Below are positions 1-12,126 of a stretch of DNA of 35,935 nt, one piece after another; position 1 is the first letter of the stretch; each line of letters starts with the position of its first letter. The notes below the pieces were generated by a model. The model saw only the letters and a list, made by a program, of their open reading frames with translations, did not search any database and was not told the origin of the DNA. Source of the DNA: Atractiella rhizophila (lineage: Eukaryota); assembly GCA_021432655.1 (NCBI GenBank), contig MU271645.1, forward strand, positions 1 to 35,935, in the 5' to 3' direction. A program made the translations under genes and the position numbers.

Positions 1-919
1 TCCTTGAACGGCTGTTCGACCGTCAACGACAATGTTTCCTTCTTCACGACTGGGAGCATAATCGCGACTTTGGCACCTGGCGTATTGACAATGCTCGCGA
101 GGGGCTTGACGCTACCCTCTTCACTCCCTATGCAGTCAACTACGACCTTGAAGCCTCCACTCTTCTTCGCCCAGGCTCCAATTTCCTCTAAAACGCTCGG
201 AGAGCGATAATCCAGACACTCGGTTGCGCCGAAGCTTTTCAGAAGGGGATGGTGTGAAGGTGAAGAAGTGGCTAGAATATTGGTGTATCCAGCGTATCGG
301 AGGAGCTGGATGAGGTATTGGCCCGTTGACGCGCTGGCACCCCATATAAGGATAGGGGTTGTGTTTTGTTCCACAGTTGTCAGAGTTGGTGGAAGAGGAG
401 GTGTCAGGTTGGAAGGGAGAGGAAGCGCAAGTTCAGTGAAGAGCGTGTTAAAGGCCGTGACGAGATTGTCCCCAATGGTAGCTCCTTGAGCCAGCGAGAT
501 GTGTTTTGGCAGCTAAAATCATCTCTCAGGGACGGACACTACTGTGGTGCGATGGAAACACGAACCTTTCCAAAATTATACTTGTTAGCAACCAGGAACT
601 CTTGAAAACAGTGTCCCTCAAGCGCGCCAAACTGGAACCCTTGCACTAGCTCTCCTTTCTCCAACCCATCCACTCCTTCCCCCAGTTCCTCCACCACACC
701 CGACCAAGTGTTCCCCATCACAGTCGGGACTTTGGTGAACAATAAACCCCAATCCCCATGCCAAATATACACTGGAGAGATGGCAGCATACCGCACGCGG
801 ATGAGCACTTCGTCCCTTCCCGGTTGGGGGGTAGGAAGGGAACGTAGCTCTATAGGAGCGGGAGTCGGAATGACAGTCGGAATGGTAGTATGAACAACGG
901 CTTGATGAGTGCGCGACAT
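1..919 (-). CDS. MDR-family enoyl reductase-like / zinc-binding dehydrogenase-like oxidoreductase; 3' end lies outside the window
   Basis: ATG at 919. The GroES-like N-terminus (PTPQPGRDEVLIRVRYAAISPV...GNTWSGVVEELGEGV) is followed, after an intron at ~515-565, by a Rossmann motif ILIWGASASTGQYLIQLL and FGATECLDY. Confidence 0.85.
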
Positions 920-1649
920 CTCTTTCGTTTCCACAATCCTTCAGCGTCAAGTCTCAGTGGGGACCAGTTTACTGAGGACTGAGGAGAATGGGGACCCTTA
1001 TATATCCCAATCAGGCGCCACAATTGACAGCGCTATATACAAACAAAAAGAGGGGAACCGCCTTCTCTGCCATGGACGCAGAGGGACGCGAAAGCCACAG
1101 GTGTCAGCGAAAAATGTACCGGGAGCTAGAGAGAAGGAAAGAGACTCGGAATATACGTCGGTGGCAGGACAAAATGTGAGTAAGCAGCTTGTCAGCTTCC
1201 GAACTTCGATGGGGAGGACTCATATCAAGAAAGATCACAATTGCTGAACATTCAGCTTGTAAACTGAATGACTCAACTGCTGATGGCTTGCACAAGTGTT
1301 TGGATGCAGACCCACTCCTTCTCCGCCACGGGACCGTTCGGCGTGCAGCTTGCCTTTCCTGTCTCCGTCAATAATCGGGAGAGGCCGTCTCAAGCACTCC
1401 AGGACCCCATAAGTGAGGAGAACGGGCCGCCGATGGCATCGACATATGTTCCCCGTCTAACAGGGGCCGTTCGGGATTCTTTTTACTTCCATGTAGCACT
1501 GACACAGTGTTTGTTCAGAAAGGAAGCTTTCAGCATTCTGAATATGAAACGGACAGGAAATTTCGGCAAACTTTGAGCACTCACAGACTAATGGAGAGAT
1601 TCCATCCATCAGCGGACACACATCAAAAACATTTTCCATTCCATCATGA

Positions 1650-4148
1650 TTACGATGGGGTTGCTAAAGGGAGTGTGATGGAGGGAGACGTGAGTGAATT
1701 TATGAGACTGCTACCGTTGACCATACCAGTCGTAATGACGACAAAATTTCTCCCTAGAACGCCGTGAGGATCGCATTATTCGGCCCAAAGAAATTGCACT
1801 ACCTATTTGTTGACCCAAAAAGCGCAGTGCGGATACTTCTGCGAACGTTACACCACCAATAAAACAGACGACGCTGGTTGGGGTTTGACGTGACGTCCTC
1901 AATTCTGATAGGCCATATCATGTCAGTTTTACGGAGCGGAGCATCTAGGCAAGTACTGACGCTTTGACTTGGCTTCTGTCGCTTGATTCTCTTGAACCTC
2001 GTCCACCACTGGTGTCGTCATGATCTTCAAGAGGTCTTCGATTGCCTTCCATCCAACAAACGTTCCGTTCTTGCCAAACGCAGCTTGCACAAGTCGAACG
2101 CTCAAGGGGGAGTATCCAGAGAAAACGTATGCGGCATCTTCCGGATTGAGCTCGTTGACTTCATCGACAATCAATTTAAGAGGTTTCCGAACGGCGGAGA
2201 AGGAAGAGCGGGACGAAGAGCTCTGACGGGAAAATAAGCCCAGTGATGATAGGGATATCATCGCAGGAATGTAATTGTAGCCATATGTCTGCAGGTGTTG
2301 TTAATGGGAGCAATTGCACCACAAAAATCAAGCGAACCTGTAGCAATTCCTTCTTAAGGTCTTCAAATGTCTTCGGCTTAAGTCCTCCGTTCACTAGACT
2401 GTAAAGACACAAGAGGCGAAGCACTATTCGAAGTGGAGCTTCTTGATTGATAAGGTTTCGAATCGTGTTCTCTTGAGTCGCAAGCTCCAACCCAGCAACA
2501 AGATCTGGCGGTCGTCAGGATACAAACTTTGATTGAAGAATGGGACGCCGCACTTTGTTGCACCTCGAGTATCTGACCAAACTCTTCCGATGATGTCGTC
2601 GACATAATCTCCTCCGCAAGGCCAGTATCTATGCCAGGCAGCGTTAGTTCCATCTTAGCTAACAAGAAAAGTCTACATACGAAGGCGCAATGCAGCGTGC
2701 TCTTCCGCTAATCCCGGCATCTGCCCAACAAAAGCTCTTAAGTCGCCAATGCTCCTCGCCTTGTGGCGTTTCTCATAATCTTCATTCAATTTGCGTGCGG
2801 TGCGATTGAGGAGAGGTCCGACAACGATGAAGTTTTGGTCTCGTAACTCGGCAAACAACGAGTCTGCCGTAGATGACAGCAAATGCTTCTTTCGGGGTGG
2901 CGGCTGTCCGGTGAAAGCTGGCTGGTGCGTTGAGCTGGGATGAACTCCTCCAAACCCAAAAGCGGCGTTTGGGACGGGAGAAGCAGATGTGGATGGGGTT
3001 GGCGGATTCAAGAGATTCTGGTCAACTTCGACGTGCGCTAACGAGTAGCGACTTAACTTATGACGATGATACGGATAAACGAGATGGGACAAACAGTTCT
3101 TGATCCCCAACAGCTCGTCGACCAGCCCTAAGTAGGTAAGCTGAGTGCAAAGGGTTGTGACCATGTCGACCTGCCGGTCAAGAAGAATCATGCTATCTAT
3201 GCTTCCTAAACCTAAGCCGAATCCACCGGCGTCTTCATCAATGGGTGCTTCAGCCCGTAGGCGGTTCAGCAGGGCAGCCAAACGCTGGATCATGAGTTAA
3301 CAAATTGACCCATCATGAACGGTTGAGTAGACCTACCTTCGAAGCTGCACCTAAGCCTAGAATTCGAGGAATTGGTCCAAAAGCCTGCTGTAATGTCATT
3401 AGGCATTTTCCCAAATCGTACACCGTCTCATAATCATTGTCCTAGTACTCATGAGCCAACGCACACGTGTGCCACGAAACGTACAAGGAATATCTTCCGA
3501 TAAACGGAAGGGTCCAACTCCATGCTCAAAAGGTCTCTTTCGAGGGTAAGCAATCCCAGAGGAAATTCATGGAGGTCAATAGAGCCATAGACGCCCAAGT
3601 CTTCTAGTGTTGTTTTGCAAAGAGAGGTAATACGCGGTGTGACAAAGATGGTATGGGTATGACGGTTAGGAGGTGAAGCACGAATCTGGTCTAAATCCTC
3701 ATTCGAACCCAATTGCTCGAGACAGATTGTCACTCACTTGCGATAATTGTTAGGAGCTTCTTCTTGGGTCGGCAGACATATATCAGATTTCTCTGGAAAT
3801 TAACATTCCAGCTCGAACCGGAGCTGAGGTCGTTTGCTTCGAGCCAAAACAAGCGGTCGACTCCATGAGCCTTTTACCCAGTTCAGACCAGCCGAACACA
3901 TTTTCAACGATACTTACGCGCAAACTCGAAATTTCAATGACTAATCCCAGTGGTCCAGCGAGTTCTGGATCGAGTAGAAGAGTCTTTGGCCCAGGAATGC
4001 GATCGAGGAGGTCGAGTAAGGACTTCTGGGCTATGGACTTGAAAATTGAGGTATCCGGGAAGGAGACATTAGCTGAAGGAGTAGAGTTTGAAGCTGCAGG
4101 AAGAGGCGTTGTTATAGACGGAGGGGTAGCTGTGAATGTTGGCTGCAT
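1650..4148 (-). CDS. VPS33: Sec1/Munc18-family vacuolar sorting protein Vps33 (multi-exon)
   Basis: Exons read LLDLLDRIPGPKTLLLDPELAGPLGL, LERDLLSMEL, ILLDRQVDMVTTLCTQLTYLGLVDE, AYVFSGYSPLSVRLVQ and VCFIGGVTFAEVSALRFL. ATG at 4148, TAA at 1650-1652. Confidence 0.93.
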
Positions 4149-4486
4149 GTCTTGAATCCGCAGCAGAACAAGGAAACGAAATCGTCCAACTTTGGAAGAT
4201 CGCGTCTCTGGTCGTGTCACATGTTTTTGGAGACGCGCTGGTTTAACCAGAAGCACACGCATTCACATTTAAGGCAATGGGTTGGCGTTCTACTTTGTTG
4301 GCGCTTTATAGACGTACAAAGAAAAGAAGTATGGGAGTATTGAGGCAGGAGGAGTGAAAGTCAAGCTTCTTTGTGCATCTTTCAATGTTGCCATGTTTAG
4401 GGAAGAGCACAGACGAGGTACTTTCGTAGTTCTACAGCGTTCGCGCCAATGATGCTGCAACCGGGGCGATCATCCAAACTAAGTTT

Positions 4487-6469
4487 TCAGAGCTTCCCTT
4501 TCGTTCCCTTGCGCAGTTCTTCAAGTTTTCTAAGTTCCACCCGTCTAATCTTTCCGCTAACCGTCAAGGGGAGGCTGTCAACAAACTCAATCTAGGGGGA
4601 CGTCAGCCTCTACTTGTTTCTCAAAAGAACAGTAAACATACCTCTCGAGGATATTTATAAGTCAAAAGCGGACGGGAGAACTCTGTCAGCTGTTGCTTCA
4701 GCCCACTTTCAGTTATTTCCCCGCTGTTCAACTTCGCCTTGAATTCTTGTGACAAAATGATGAAGGCTTTGACGATCGAACCTCGCTCACGATCAGGACT
4801 TGCAACTGCAGCACTCTCGACGACAGCCGGATGCCCCTTCAGGGTGCTCTCAACGTCAAATGGTCCAATTCGGTATCCTGCGCTTGAAATGACTAATAAC
4901 TGCTCTTCAGTGATTGCATGAAGGAGAAGACATCACCTACTATCGTCGTCACGCCCAATAAACCAAAAATAACCATCTTCATCTCGCCAGGCTTTATCGC
5001 CTGTAGAGTACCATTGCTTTCCATCTCCGCTTTCGATGTATGTGTTCATCAACTCGCCATTTTCGCCCTCATATCCAAGTGTTATGACACCACGTTCCTT
5101 CACATTGCTTCTTGCAACCTCGACACAGATGAAGCCTACATTCTGCGGACCTCGTTCCAGCACTTTTCCAGCAGGGTCGAGAACCTGGACGTCTAGTCCA
5201 GCAGCAGCAATACCCATGCTCCCCATCCTCACCCTAACGTTGGGAAAATTCCCAACAAGCGCAGTCGTCTCTGTCTGCCCAAATGCTTCCCGAATGATCA
5301 ATCCAGTGTGCTGCTCCCAAATCTTGATCACTTCTGGATTGAGCGGCTCACCCGCTCCGTTGCACCATCGAAGAGCTTTCGGAGGGCATCTTCTGAGTTG
5401 TTCAACAGCGGCTGTGGTCGTGAGAGACCGATAGACGGTCGGTGGGAAGCAAATATTCGTGATTGGGTGCTCGTGGAGGAGGGAAAGCGTTAATTCGGCG
5501 GAGAATGCGGACGGTGCTGGTGGTGAGAAGATGAAGATGGTCGCTTTGAAATAGAGGCTGCCGAAGGTGCTATAGCCTGCTTTGGCCCAACCAAGATCAC
5601 CAATGTTCTGTAAGAATTATGAGAATTCGAGACTCCTCACTAATCGAGAAACATTGACCCAAATGAGCGCGTTGTCACCCAGATTGTACCATTCTCCTGT
5701 GAGGCGATGCGCGAAAGGGTGATGGTGATTGTGAATAACTCGCTTTGGCTTCCCGGTCGTGCCAGATGTGAAATCTGCCGCTACATGATCACAGTGTGAT
5801 GTTGTGGACGAAGAAAATCAAACAGATGATTGAAGTGTCCGACATCTCTGGACGAGCTCCGCCCCACTTCTTATGCTGTGGAATGTTCGCCATGGCGTGC
5901 TCCCAGATGATTAGCTTCCTCAAGCTGTCCTGTGGAATGGTATCACGAGGTTCGAGATCTGGATCTCCAGCCACAAATACGACGTTTCGAACAAGAGGAC
6001 ATGATTCTTTAACTTGCAAGAACTTGGTGACAGCTGAAGCAGAACCGACGAAGGTGGTACATTTTGCAGCTTGCGCTCGGCATTCCAGCTCTGCCATGCG
6101 CCACAGATGTTATCAGACGGAGTGGAGAAGCAACTCAAGCTCACCTTTGGATGAAAGCAGAGTGGTGCAAGGGATTGGAATTCCTCCCATGCGCAACAGG
6201 CCCAAGACGACTTCGAACCAAGCCACTCCGCGAGGCAATTGCACCAGGACTCTTTCTCCCTTCCCAACTTTCAATTGTTCTCCAAAAACAATCGCAGCTC
6301 TTTCCGTTCTCTCTGAGAGTTCAGCGTAACTAATTTTTTGAATCGCTTTTCGGTTTGTAGAAACGTAGTAAAGTGCAGGGTGCGAAGGCGATTCTCTAGC
6401 ATGTTTATCTAGAACAGCATAAGGATATGGCTGAGATGGTTCGATGGTGGGAGTAGAAAGCGAAGCCAT
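4487..6469 (-). CDS. Medium-chain acyl-CoA synthetase (ACSM-like, AMP-binding adenylate-forming enzyme)
   Basis: A3 motif FTSGTTGKPK (~5745-5775), [47 protein letters not shown] and A10 motif LPLTVSGKIRR. The protein ends ...KGKL*. Confidence 0.9.
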
Positions 6470-6827
6470 GTTCTTTGACGAGCTTGGGGAGGATTCCAAT
6501 AAGTTCTAAAGCGATATTTAAGGGCAGAGTTAGCCCGTCAAGTTGTTCTGTCACCCAAATCCAAAATCCGGGGAAATTTCAAAATCGTAAATTCGAAATG
6601 ACCTTGCAATGTCTCTAGGCCAGACAAAACTAAACTGTCTAAGACCCACGCGAGGAAGGCGAGCACGGGAAAAGGGGGAGTGGAAATGCCTTTGAGAATA
6701 AGAGGAGCTGGAGAACTTGAGGTGGGGCTTCACTGCTTGATGGGTATTAGGTGTAGGATATATTGCACAAAAGGCTCCACAATAGCTAACAGGGGGTCGT
6801 GTTTTCATTGAACACATTATCATTAAT

Positions 6828-8563
6828 TTAAACATTAGAAGGTCGAAGTGTGGTCCCGAGCCGCCGCGGTCCTCGCTGGTTATCATCGCATACCAATGCC
6901 TCTCCCAGTCGCGGTCCAAGTACGTTCCTGAGGCAGTTCTTCTGTGCGCGCCTGTGAAGCTGGCGATCGTTGAAGAATTCGGCTGTGATATTCACCGGGC
7001 AACCGCAACTCATCCAACCGCTCCTTCTCTCTCTCTTTCTCTCTCTCCCGTTCCTTCTCTCTCCCTCTATGAGTGAGGGAGAGGTTGGGGTGCTAGCTGC
7101 CAAGTTACCCCCGCTCATCCTTTTGCTTCTGTACGGTCCTCTCCCAACCCCGATACTGTCGAGACTCGCAAGGGAGGAAGTCATCCCAAGGCTTGTTCCG
7201 AGACCAAGACCAACGCGTCCACTTCCTCCTAAGAACGCGGGGCTATACTCGTACAGACTGGGATCAACATCGGCTTCCGGATAACCAGAATCCTCGACAT
7301 CGTCGCTTGAAGGTGGGACGGATTCAGGGTGTGGTGAGGGAGGAGGGCGGATGATCACATAGTCACTTTCGGGCACAGGATCTTCATCTCCCTCGTCTGA
7401 AGAGGTTGAAGAAGATGAGGAAGGTGGTGATCGCGGGGCTGGAAAAGGGAGACCGATCGTTATGCTCGAGTTGACATACCTTCATCATCAAATCAGCCTA
7501 CATTTAGTGGACATGAGCCTGGCATACCGATCGACAATAACTGAACGTATTCGCCCAACGATGAGTTGTTCGACCTTCGGAATGTCCATTAATTTGGCTT
7601 TGCTACCGAGTAAACTTCGCGAGATGAGGGAGAGTTGGAAATCGGGAAGCAGAGAGATTTTGACAGTCGGTCCAATGTGAGTAGGCGCGTTCGTGGGGGA
7701 GACAGTCGCAGTCAGTGGTGAATCTGGAGGAGTGATTTCCAGAGACAGCTTTGACAACATTAGCTATTGCTTAAGAGGATATATGTAGACGTACCACGCC
7801 TTGGAATTCAACAAGATTCAAACAAAGTTCGACTGGAAGTACCGCGAAACGTGGGCGGGGGAAGTTCATAACAACTTTCGTTTCAAGCGAGATAGAGACG
7901 CGATCTTGGTAAGTAACGGAGAGATTTACCTTCTGTATCCTTCATCAGTTCGCCGTTAAGGGGTGAGGAGAATCAAGGAACCGCACCACTCGACCATCCT
8001 TCTCTTCACGGTCAACAACTTTGGCTCCCGTGACCCTTGGTGTGCGCTCTCCTAACTCTACGTCCTTCACATAAATCCAGTCGAGACTGATGAAACCGTC
8101 TTCCTCATTGCTATTATTCGTCTTCCCTCTATTCAAAATCTCTTCTATCCATTCCCGCCCTCCATTCTCCTTCCCAGGAGAGGACCAGACCAGGTGCCTG
8201 TAGGAGAGAACTGCCTGAGCGATGAGATAGGATAGCCAGGTGGTGGATTCACTTGAGGGAGGAGGGAGAAGTGAAGGAAATGAAGGCAGGTGATAGAGCG
8301 GTTTGAGATGAGGAGGCATTACAGGCGTCGGAGGTGGCTTTTTTTCGTGAAGAAGTTCTGGCTTTGACAGCGACCGGCTTGACGACTGCCGGTTTCAGAG
8401 AAGTAGACGATTCGAAAATTACATAGCGAATAAAAAGAATGGCAATTATAAGGCTGAACCTCTCATTACCCCTCTTTTCAAATCCTGTATGAAATAATGC
8501 TCACATCGATGCTTGTCCGAGGATGAATCCCTGGCTGAAAGTCAGCCTGCTACATTGCTCCAT
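6828..8563 (-). CDS. MMM1: Mmm1-like SMP-domain ERMES protein; apparent 1-nt frameshift at ~8363
   Basis: N-terminal LTFSQGFILGQASILIIAILFIRYVIFE transmembrane segment, ESTTWLSYLIAQ, NFPRPRFAVLPV, and SLLGSKAKLMDIPKVEQLI followed by a low-complexity tail. It could be an MMM1 paralogue. Confidence 0.78.
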
Positions 8564-8764
8564 ATTTCCTCCCCAATTTCACTCTCCGGTTAACCACGCT
8601 TAGCCCTGCCAGTTTACAATAATCCCGATGGCTGTCCTAACAAACCGATAGAATCCTGCCCGTCGTAGTAAACTAATTCTTTATAATTGTTTCGTCGCGA
8701 AGTTCGTGAAATTCATGTTCGCGTTCTCGTCGTGTATGCACGTACTCTCGGCAGGTCCTTATCG

Positions 8765-8771
8765 TGACTCA
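8765..8771. promoter_or_regulatory. TGACTCA AP-1/Gcn4-type bZIP site in the divergent MMM1/DnaJ promoter
   Basis: Exact TGACTCA at 8765-8771, next to TGACGTA and GAA/TTC-rich HSE-like units at ~8699-8726. Short motifs like these can occur by chance. Confidence 0.25.
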
Positions 8772-8897
8772 TTTATGACGTACTTCAGACTGGAGGTCTT
8801 CAAAAACGTCCACGTCTTCGTACCTATATCCCTTAACAGCTTGGGCAATTCAACACCCTGAGAAGCTCTAAGCCGCCTACTTAATCCTTTTGCTAGC

Positions 8898-9730
8898 ATG
8901 GCCAACGATTTTCCTGATTACTACGTGACTTGTGTTCTTGTGTCGCTCGCTGATTGACTGACGTTTGACCTGCAGGCCATTCTCGAGATTTCTCCTTCCG
9001 CCACCCAGAGCCAGATCAAGGCTTCATATAAGCGGTTGTCCCTCATCCACCACCCCGATCGTATTAACTCTGGACCAAACGTCGCTCAGCGCGTCGGGAA
9101 GCCACAGTCCAGTTTCAGAAGATAGCTGATGCCTACTTTGTATTGAGCGACGATACGCGCAAAGCCAATTACGATCGTTTGCGCCGAACAAGAATGAGTT
9201 CCGGAGCTTCGACGACCGATGAGAGCAGCAAGAGCTACTTTGAGCGATTCTTCAATTATGCTGGTAACGACACGGCGGATCCTGCTGAGGAGGAAGTGAG
9301 AGATGAGCCCAGGCCAGATCCAGGGTCTGTGTTTGGGGACGTATTTGAGGAGCTGGTGAGTTGGTTCCACTCTTTGTGTTTGGGAGTTCTTGTTAAGGGA
9401 TTGTGTGGCTCTGTTTCTAGTTGCGTCCGGAAGTGGAGAGCAGAGTACCGCTTTGGACATGGGCTGGTGCTGGAGCCGGAGCTGTGATGGGGTTTATTGT
9501 GGTTTGTCCTTTCCTTGTTATGATTTCTCGATTTGAACAGGCGTTGTTAGGGGAATCTGCCTGGTGCTGCCGTCGGCGGTTACGGCGGTTCAAAGCTTGG
9601 AGCCATTAGAGACGCCAAAGGGAAGGCGGTCTATCACGTCTTCATGGACCTTGGTGCTGACCAAAAGGCTGAGATTCTAAGGAATCTTGCTTTCAAAGTC
9701 CTCGGTAGCGCCGCTTCTTCTCTGGGTTAA
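8898..9730 (+). CDS. J-domain (DnaJ/Hsp40-type) protein with a Gly-rich hydrophobic C-terminal segment; apparent frameshift at ~9090
   Basis: MANDFPDYY|AILEISPSATQSQIKASYKRLSLIHHPDR contains the HPD motif. It continues REATVQFQKIADAYFVLSDDTRKANYD and FGDVFEEL|LRPEVE...AGAVMGFIV|GNLPGAAVGGYGGSKLGAIRDAKGK. TAA at 9728-9730. Confidence 0.88.
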
Positions 9731-9887
9731 AGAACTCGGCGTAGTGTCAATCTCTTTGCGTCTACAACTATTTGGGTTTACGATTGTGGATATTTCGGTG
9801 CGGTAAGGATCATGTACTACCACGACTCAATTGACAAGGAACCTGTTGCAATTTATGGACTTTGTTACACTACGTCATTCAGTTTGA

Positions 9888-10666
9888 TCAAGCTTGGTGT
9901 CCCGGAGTCGCCAGCATCTTAGGATCGTATCCTTCTGCTCCCAAAACCTTGTCCCCAACCTTGGCTGGATGAGAAGCTGTTCCATCGAAGAAGTCAGAAC
10001 GAACGTCGAGTCAGGATCGAAATACCTTACCAATGGAGACAAAAATGATGCGGCACCACGATTCTCCTTTATTGATCCATCCATGCGTCACGCCTGAAAC
10101 GTTTAATGAGTGGAGGGCAGGTTATAACATGAGCTTGAGACTATGCACCACGTTGGATGAGTATATCACCAGCACGTATCACCGTTTCTTCCCCAGAGTC
10201 AAGCACCGCAGTGACTTCTCCATGCAGGACAATGGCGTAATCCACAGTCTCAGTTCGATGCATGAACGCCTTCTCTCCTTTCGGAGCCATATCCGCAACC
10301 CTCAAGATCGTACCCTCTTTGTTCCCGATGTCGCTCAGAGCATTGAACATGGGGTCTTTGAAAGGGTTATCATTGTTCGCTAGATATTTCCTTTCAGTTT
10401 GGCATGAGGCGACGAACAGCCGGATGCAGACTCACCAGGGGTCTTCTCCGTCTCGTACAAAGCCTTCCCATCCGCGAAGTCGTGAATATCTGGACAACTA
10501 TTCATGTACTGGAACGTACCTTAAATCCAAGCCTGCCAGAAGGACCAACTGGATCAGTGTTGAAGGATTCATCGCTGACGAATATGGCTTTCCCCTCGTC
10601 GTTGTGCCCTGTCACGATTCGTCGAGTTGCTGGTAGGTCATTTGGGACCACGAAAGGAGCCGACAT
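9888..10666 (-). CDS. Cupin_2 (RmlC-like) barrel protein, 5 exons, intact parent copy
   Basis: MSAPFVVPNDLPATRRIVTGHNDEGKAIF...GFK|ALYETEKTP|ANNDNPF...MHRTETVDYAIVLHGEV...GDILIQRG|VTHGW...; TGA at 9888-9890. Confidence 0.88.
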
Positions 10667-11881
10667 GTTGAGTATGATCGATCGATATATCTGTGCCTCT
10701 CAATGAGTTTCGGGATGGAAGGGCTGTTGAGTGTCGTGAATGTCATGAAATGGCTGTCTCTTAAATAGTTCTCCACACTACAGACTTTCAGAGGCACTAG
10801 GAATAGCCTGATCCTGCCTGACCCGAGGTGGTGGAGGTCGATTACATGGTAAGTTGCCTGATGGCTATGTTGAATATGAAGCTTAGGTAAAGAATCGAAC
10901 TTGCTTAGCCACTCAGGTTCGCAAGCTCGCTTTGCAACAGTGTTTATCTCCTTCCGCGTGTGGTGTTTGAGAGTTGGACGCCGAAGTCGGACATTTCACA
11001 GAGTCAGCAAACTAGCATGTGCACAGTGACTGAATGTGGAAACCGGACTTCGTTATGGGAGCAAGTGGGAGAAACGCCTCTTTAGCTGGAGCTAGGCAAC
11101 TTCCCTAAAATAGCTGAATGGATAGATGGGATAGCAACCACTGTGAATGCTGAGTGGGAGGAACCGAAGCTGACAACAGCAAGCAGCAGATACATCATTT
11201 CAACTCGGAAGGAGCCTCTTTGAAGATAGTTGATCGATAGAACTTGAGCTCTGCTCCGTTCCATGATGCCGCGAACGCATGAACAAAAGAATGCTCACCA
11301 GCAATAGAATGCAGAATATCCGTCAGAGCCCTAATAGGGTGAGAAAGAATACCTGGAGGAGAGAACCAAATACCTGTGATCATCCTTCCCTTGCGATTTA
11401 ATAACCTCCAAGTCAGGATACCATCTCTTGCAAAGCTCCTTGATGCTAGAGACGTCCACGATGCGGTAGTGGAGGTGGTCGTGAACGCGAGGCATGTCTT
11501 TCTTCAAGAACGCCTTGTCTGCGTGAACAGTGTTGCCTGCGAGAATCGCAGTGCCTCGTCTCGGAATATGGCGCTCGATGTATCGAAGAACTCGAAGTTC
11601 GACTTCTTCCATCCTATCGCTCGATTTGAGACAAGCTTCCGTTAACCCAGACTAGCCGAAACGATCAAATAACGTCGTATCAGAAGGGATGGGACAAGCC
11701 TGCCCATGCTGTTTCGTGCACCTTCCGGCATGAATTCGTTAAATTTTGGCATATCAAATCGGAAGACAAACCATTCTCCCATTCCGTCCAAAACACTCTT
11801 GTCCGTTTGGATCACGAAAGTCAGACCGTCATCCAAAGGGTTAAGATCTTTGTCTGTGACTATAACTGCAATTTCCAGTAC
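10423..11881 (+). repeat. Tandem direct duplication, copy 1 (~1459 bp)
   Basis: Starts GATGCAGACTCACCAGGGG at 10423 and ends ...ATTTCCAGTAC at 11881. It matches 11883-13338 at roughly 95-96% identity by eye. Confidence 0.97.
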
Positions 11882-12126
11882 AGATGCAGACTCACCAGGG
11901 GTCTTCTCCGTCTCGTACAAAGCCTTCCCATCCGCGAAGTCGTGAATATTTGGACAACTATTCATGTACTGGAACGTACCTTAAATCCAAGCCTGCCAGA
12001 AGGACCAACTGGATCAGTGTTGAAGGATTCATCGCTGACGAATATGGCTTTCCCCTCGTCGTTGTGCCCTGTCACGATTCGTCGAGTTGCTGGTAGGTCA
12101 TTTGGGACCACGAAAGGAGCCGACAT
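11195..12126 (-). CDS. Chimeric cupin(5')::oligoribonuclease(3') gene spanning the duplication junction; new gene or pseudogene
   Basis: Cupin ATG at 12126 and exons 1-2 run in frame across the junction as ...ALYETEKTPGESAS|VLEIAVIVTDKDL... All downstream Orn exons are open to the stop at 11195 (...KEAPSELK*). The ExoI motif WVDLEMTGLD is missing. Confidence 0.65.

Noticed and set aside
935..1640. Several 60-110 aa ORFs between the reductase and VPS33
   Set aside because: Random-looking peptides; most likely promoter and UTR sequence.
1..10666. Reductase + acyl-CoA synthetase + cupin as a secondary-metabolite cluster
   Set aside because: They are interspersed with housekeeping genes (VPS33, MMM1, DnaJ), and no backbone synthase, transporter or regulator is in the window.
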